From the NCBI GenBank assembly GCA_964016885.1, contig OZ024745.1, positions 23,374,001 to 23,438,000 on the forward strand: 64,000 nt of DNA. Direction: 5' to 3'. Numbering within the stretch: position 1 is the stretch's first letter; every line of letters begins with the position of its first letter. This document shows, in pieces, positions 56,937 through 64,000 of this stretch. A program made the position numbers and the translations under genes. A model generated the notes under the pieces. The model was not told where the DNA came from and did no database searches. It saw nothing but the letters and a program-made list of their open reading frames with translations. Source of the stretch: Eledone cirrhosa (lineage: Eukaryota).

Positions 56937-57230
56937 CAGGGCCGGATTTAATTCAAAAGGGGCAATTGCCCCGGGCCACCTGTAGTGGGGACCCCACCAG
57001 CGAGGGCCCTAGCAATTTATTTGTGTCCTCAGCTGCGCTTTTAACTTTTAGAATGGTTAGAATTTTTGAATTTAATACCTGTATGTATAACTTTTAATTC
57101 CTATTACTTGCGCCAAGCTTACTTTAATATGTAAAATTGGGGGGTTTGCTGTGTATTCTATTCTTTTTGTTTATGAGGGGCCCTCGAAAGCTGAAGGGCC
57201 CCATGCCCCGAAGGTCTAAATCCAACCCTT
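56937..57230 (+). mobile_element. hAT-type MITE
   Basis: CAGGGCCGGATTTA..TAAATCCAACCCT; body highly similar to 39681-39977. Confidence 0.7.
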
Positions 57231-57661
57231 CATCTATCTACGGTATACTCAGCCATTAACACACTATTTTAATGAGTAGTCGAAATATTCAAGGTCGAAA
57301 CCGACGGAAATCCATTTAGTTTCACTTACCTTATTTTTCCATGCCAACAAATGTGTATGTATATATATACATTTATGTGTCTATACAGTATCTGCATGTG
57401 TTTATTTGTGAGTTTGTGTGTACGTGTCTATGTGTGTTACATTATGTGTTTCTGCATGCCTATACACTATGTGTATGAGATTATGTGTGACTTTCTGGAA
57501 GTCTATTACATTACATGTGATCGCATGCGCACGGGTATGTGGGTAAAGGTGTTAGTCTCGTTAAGTCACGATATGCGTGCATGAATGTATACATGTATAA
57601 ATGTATGTTTGATCGCATGTATGTATGTATGTATGTATGTATGTATGTATGTATGTATGTA

Positions 57662-57751
<90 letters not shown>

Positions 57752-57974
57752 TATATATACGTGCGTGTGTGTATGTGAAGGTATATATATATATATACAC
57801 ACACACATACATATATGTATATATACACGCACGCATACACACAGACACATATGAGTGTAGGTGTGTGGGTGTGCTGCGTGTGTATTGTTGCGTGCCCGCA
57901 AAACAGTCTATTAACAATCTACTTAAAACCATTTCCTCTTGCAACACAACAGCAGTTGCACACACCTTAGATAC

Positions 57975-60540
<2,566 letters not shown>

Positions 60541-60861
60541 AGGGGCTGTAGCTTTGATTATAATAAGCAAGTACGGTGTGTAGTAAATTTACGAATACGA
60601 AATTTTAAAAAAGTTGCTAAAAAATGCATTAGCTTATTTACCACTGCTTCTCGCGGGGTCCATGGCGACCGGTTGAGAAACGTTGTTCTAGGTGCTCCGT
60701 GGGATCTAGATGAAACGAAGGGAGGGACTGAGAAAGCGTCGGGAGTGTGTCTATTTCTGCTTGTGACTGCATTGATACCTAAAACCCTTATTGAAAGATT
60801 AATACATACTACCAAGTCCTGTTCGATTACAAGTGACGGCTATTAATTTAGTTTAGTTTAG

Positions 60862-61050
60862 AGGGCGGGGGATTGGCAGTACCGGTAGAGGGTCGGACGC
60901 CATGCTTTGCAGCAAAGAGTTACGGACCTTTATGGTGGAGTCAAATCCCGCCGAGGTTCACTTAGCCTTTCATCCTTACGGGTCGAGAAAATAAAGTACC
61001 AGTGGTGCACTGAGATAATTGCCGGCCTTGTGCCAAAAGTAGAAACAATT
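60862..61050 (+). mobile_element. tRNA-derived SINE
   Basis: GGGCGGGGGATTGGCAGTACCGGTAGAGGGTCGGAC..core. Confidence 0.8.
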
Positions 61051-61154
61051 AATTTAGTTTACCTCACAGATTTTAACTCGCTGTAAGCAGAAAATGTGGG
61101 ACAATTTTAACATTGTTGTGAAAAATAAAGTGAGTGGTAAACTTTAACCAACAC

Positions 61155-61282
61155 GAGATTAGCTTTGTCTTCCACCTTTACTGGGTCGATAAAATAAAGT
61201 ACCAGTAACGCACTGGGTTGATTTAATCCCCCCCCCCCTCCAAAAAAAAAATAGTTGGTCTTGTGCCTAAATCAGAAACCAT
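61155..61282 (+). mobile_element. SINE 3' fragment
   Basis: GGGTCGATAAAATAAAGTACCAG..GGTCTTGTGCCTAAATCAGAAAC. Confidence 0.7.
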
Positions 61283-61724
61283 TACACTGTGTCTATTTTC
61301 TTATGTTTCTTCTATATGTCTATTCTGTGTTAATTCTCTACCCACCTTGTCATTCCTACATCTACTGTTCCGATATTTCCTTTGGGCTTTTTGAGGGGTT
61401 TTACTGTATAACCAAATAAGGTAGTGCAGTAGCCATGATCCTTTTCAGTGTACCTATGTTAGAAAGAAATATTTATTACCACCGTAGCTGAAGCCAGAAT
61501 CCTTGCAACAGATCTCGTTAAATGCTCCCAGATGTCAGATGATGGTGTTAAATAGGCCCTTACACCTTGTCACCATTTATCACCATTTCTACTAAAGTAT
61601 GCCTTCCACCTTGTCATCCCTTTTTCTACTTAGGTTTAGTTATTTATTGCTACTACTGTTTAATTCCTTTTTCTACCTTGTTGTTACCTCTACCATTTCT
61701 CTTTTAATATTTATTGCACCTTTC

Positions 61725-61952
61725 TGGGCGTTCTACTGGCAGGATCGGTGGAGTATCAGACAAAATGCTTTTCAGCATAGAGTTACGGCCCTTTGAATCC
61801 TGAGTTCAAATTCCGCTGAGGTTAGCTTTGCATTTTATCCATACGGGGTAGATAAAAAAGTACCAGTAATGTACTGAGGTCGATTTAATCGACTCTCCTT
61901 CTGGCACCCCACCCCCCCTAAAATTGCTGACCTTGTGACTAAATCAGAACCA
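61725..61952 (+). mobile_element. tRNA-derived SINE
   Basis: TGGCAGGATCGGTGGAG A-box-like, GAGTTCAAATTCC B-box, core. Confidence 0.8.
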
Positions 61953-61984
61953 ATGTTTATTGCACCTTTCGGGGCGGTCTAATG

Positions 61985-64000
61985 GCAGGATCGGTGGAGC
62001 ATCAGACAAAATACATTGCAGCAATTACAACAGGGTCGGTGGAGCATCAGACAAAATACATTGCAGCAATTACAACAGGGTCGGCGGAGCATCAGACAAA
62101 ATACGTTGCAGCAATTACAACAGGATCGGTGGAGCATCAGACAAAATACTTTGCAGCAATTACAACAGGATCGGTGGAGCATCAGACAAAATACGTTGCA
62201 GCAATTACAACAGGATCGGTGGAGCATCAGACAAAATACTTTGCAGCAATTACAACAGGATCGGTGGAGCATCAGACAAAATACTTTGCAGCAATTACAA
62301 CAGGATCGGTAGAGCATCAGACAAAATACTTTGCAGCAATTACAACAGGATCGGAGGAGCATCAGACAAAATACTTTGCAGCAATTACAACAGGATCGGT
62401 GGAGCATCAGACAAAATACGTTGCAGCAATTACGACAGGATCGGTGGAGCATCAGACAAAATACATTGCAGCAATTACAACAGGGTCGGCGGAGCATCAG
62501 ACAAAATACTTTGCAGCAATTACAACAGGATCGGTAGAGCATCAGACAAAATACTTTGCAGCAATTACAACAGGATCGGTGGAGCATCAGACAAAATACG
62601 TTGCAGCAATTACAACAGGATCGGTGGAGCATCAGACAAAATACTTTGCAGCAATTACAACAGGATCGGTAGAGCATCAGACAAAATACGTTGCAGCAAT
62701 TACGACAGGATCGGTGGAGCATCAGACAAAATACTTTGCAGCAATTACAACAGGATCGGTGGAGCATCAGACAAAATACTTTGCAGCGATTACAACAGGA
62801 TCGGTGGAGCATCAGACAAAATACTTTGCAGCAATTACAACAGGATCGGTGGAGCATCAGACAAAATACTTTGCAGCAATTACAACAGGATCGGTGGAGC
62901 ATCAGACAAAATACTTTGCAGCAATTACAACAGGATCGGTGGAGCATCAGACAAAATACGTTGCAGCGATTACAACAGGATCGGTGGAGCATCAGACAAA
63001 ATACGTTGCAGCAATTACAACAGGATCGGTGGAGCATCAGACAAAATACGTTGCAGCGATTACAACAGGATCGGTGGAGCATCAGACAAAATACGTTGCA
63101 GCAATTACAACAGGATCGGTGGAGCATCAGACAAAATACGTTGCAGCAATTACAACAGGATCGGTGGAGCATCAGACAAAATACGTTGCAGCGATTACAA
63201 CAGGATCGGTGGAGCATCAGACAAAATACTTTGCAGCAATTACAACAGGATCGGTGGAGCATCAGACAAAATACTTTGCAGCAATTACAACAGGATCGGT
63301 GGAGCATCAGACAAAATACTTTGCAGCAATTACAACAGGATCGGTGGAGCATCAGACAAAATACTTTGCAGCAATTACAACAGGATCGGTGGAGCATCAG
63401 ACAAAATACTTTGCAGCAATTACAACAGGATCGGTGGAGCATCAGACAAAATACTTTGCAGCAATTACAACAGGATCGGTGGAGCATCAGACAAAATACT
63501 TTGCAGCAATTACAACAGGATCGGTGGAGCATCAGACAAAATACGTTGCAGCAATTACAACAGGATCGGTGGAGCATCAGACAAAATACTTTGCAGCAAT
63601 TACAACAGGATCGGTGGAGCATCAGACAAAATACTTTGCAGCAATTACAACAGGATCGGTGGAGCATCAGACAAAATACTTTGCAGCAATTACAACAGGA
63701 TCGGTGGAGCATCAGACAAAATACTTTGCAGCAATTACAACAGGATCGGTGGAGCATCAGACAAAATACTTTGCAGCAATTACAACAGGATCGGTGGAAC
63801 ATCAGACAAAATACTTTGCAGCAATTACAACAGGATCGGTGGAGCATCAGACAAAATACTTTGCAGCAATTACAACAGGATCGGTGGAGCATCAGACAAA
63901 ATACTTTGCAGCAATTACAACAGGATCGGTGGAGCATCAGACAAAATACTTTGCAGCAATTACAACAGGATCGGTGGAGCATCAGACAAAATACTTTGCA
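61985..64000 (+). repeat. 45-bp minisatellite derived from a SINE head; runs off the window edge
   Basis: Unit CAGGATCGGTGGAGCATCAGACAAAATACTTTGCAGCAATTACAA matches SINE 61740-61785. Confidence 0.95.

Noticed and set aside
61979-63982. 667-aa Cys-rich ORF (MLHRSCCNCCKVFCL)n resembling a metallothionein
   Set aside because: It is the antisense translation of a 45-bp SINE-derived minisatellite; a unit length divisible by three explains the open frame.

Overview
AT-rich, microsatellite-dense eukaryotic (animal) DNA made almost entirely of repeats. I recognise no host gene, and nearly all ORFs in the track are artefacts of simple repeats. The tRNA-derived SINEs resemble octopus families as I recall them, so a coleoid cephalopod genome is likely (inference). 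Retroelements: a near full-length decayed R4/Dong-like RLE LINE (3753-7960), L1/Tx1 3' fragments, RTE fragments including a twin-primed 5'-inverted copy with a TSD, and a 5'-truncated Penelope-like element (RT plus GIY-YIG) with an inverted pseudo-LTR (42275-46104). DNA elements: non-autonomous Helitrons and hAT/mariner/pogo MITEs. Satellites have units of 89, 22, 34, 45 and ~100 bp; one clearly derives from a SINE head and one from a MITE. The main signal is non-coding: about 18 hammerhead-ribozyme (HHR) motifs, intact or degenerate, in short fold-back elements inserted into (TA)n, many sharing a 3'-tail GAGYRC-like box. The best candidate for something undescribed is 46131-47595: a non-coding element whose two strongly diverged, outward-facing arms each hold a complete HHR core with a ~95-nt branched stem II supported by compensatory base changes. 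All folds and alignments were done by eye and are untested.
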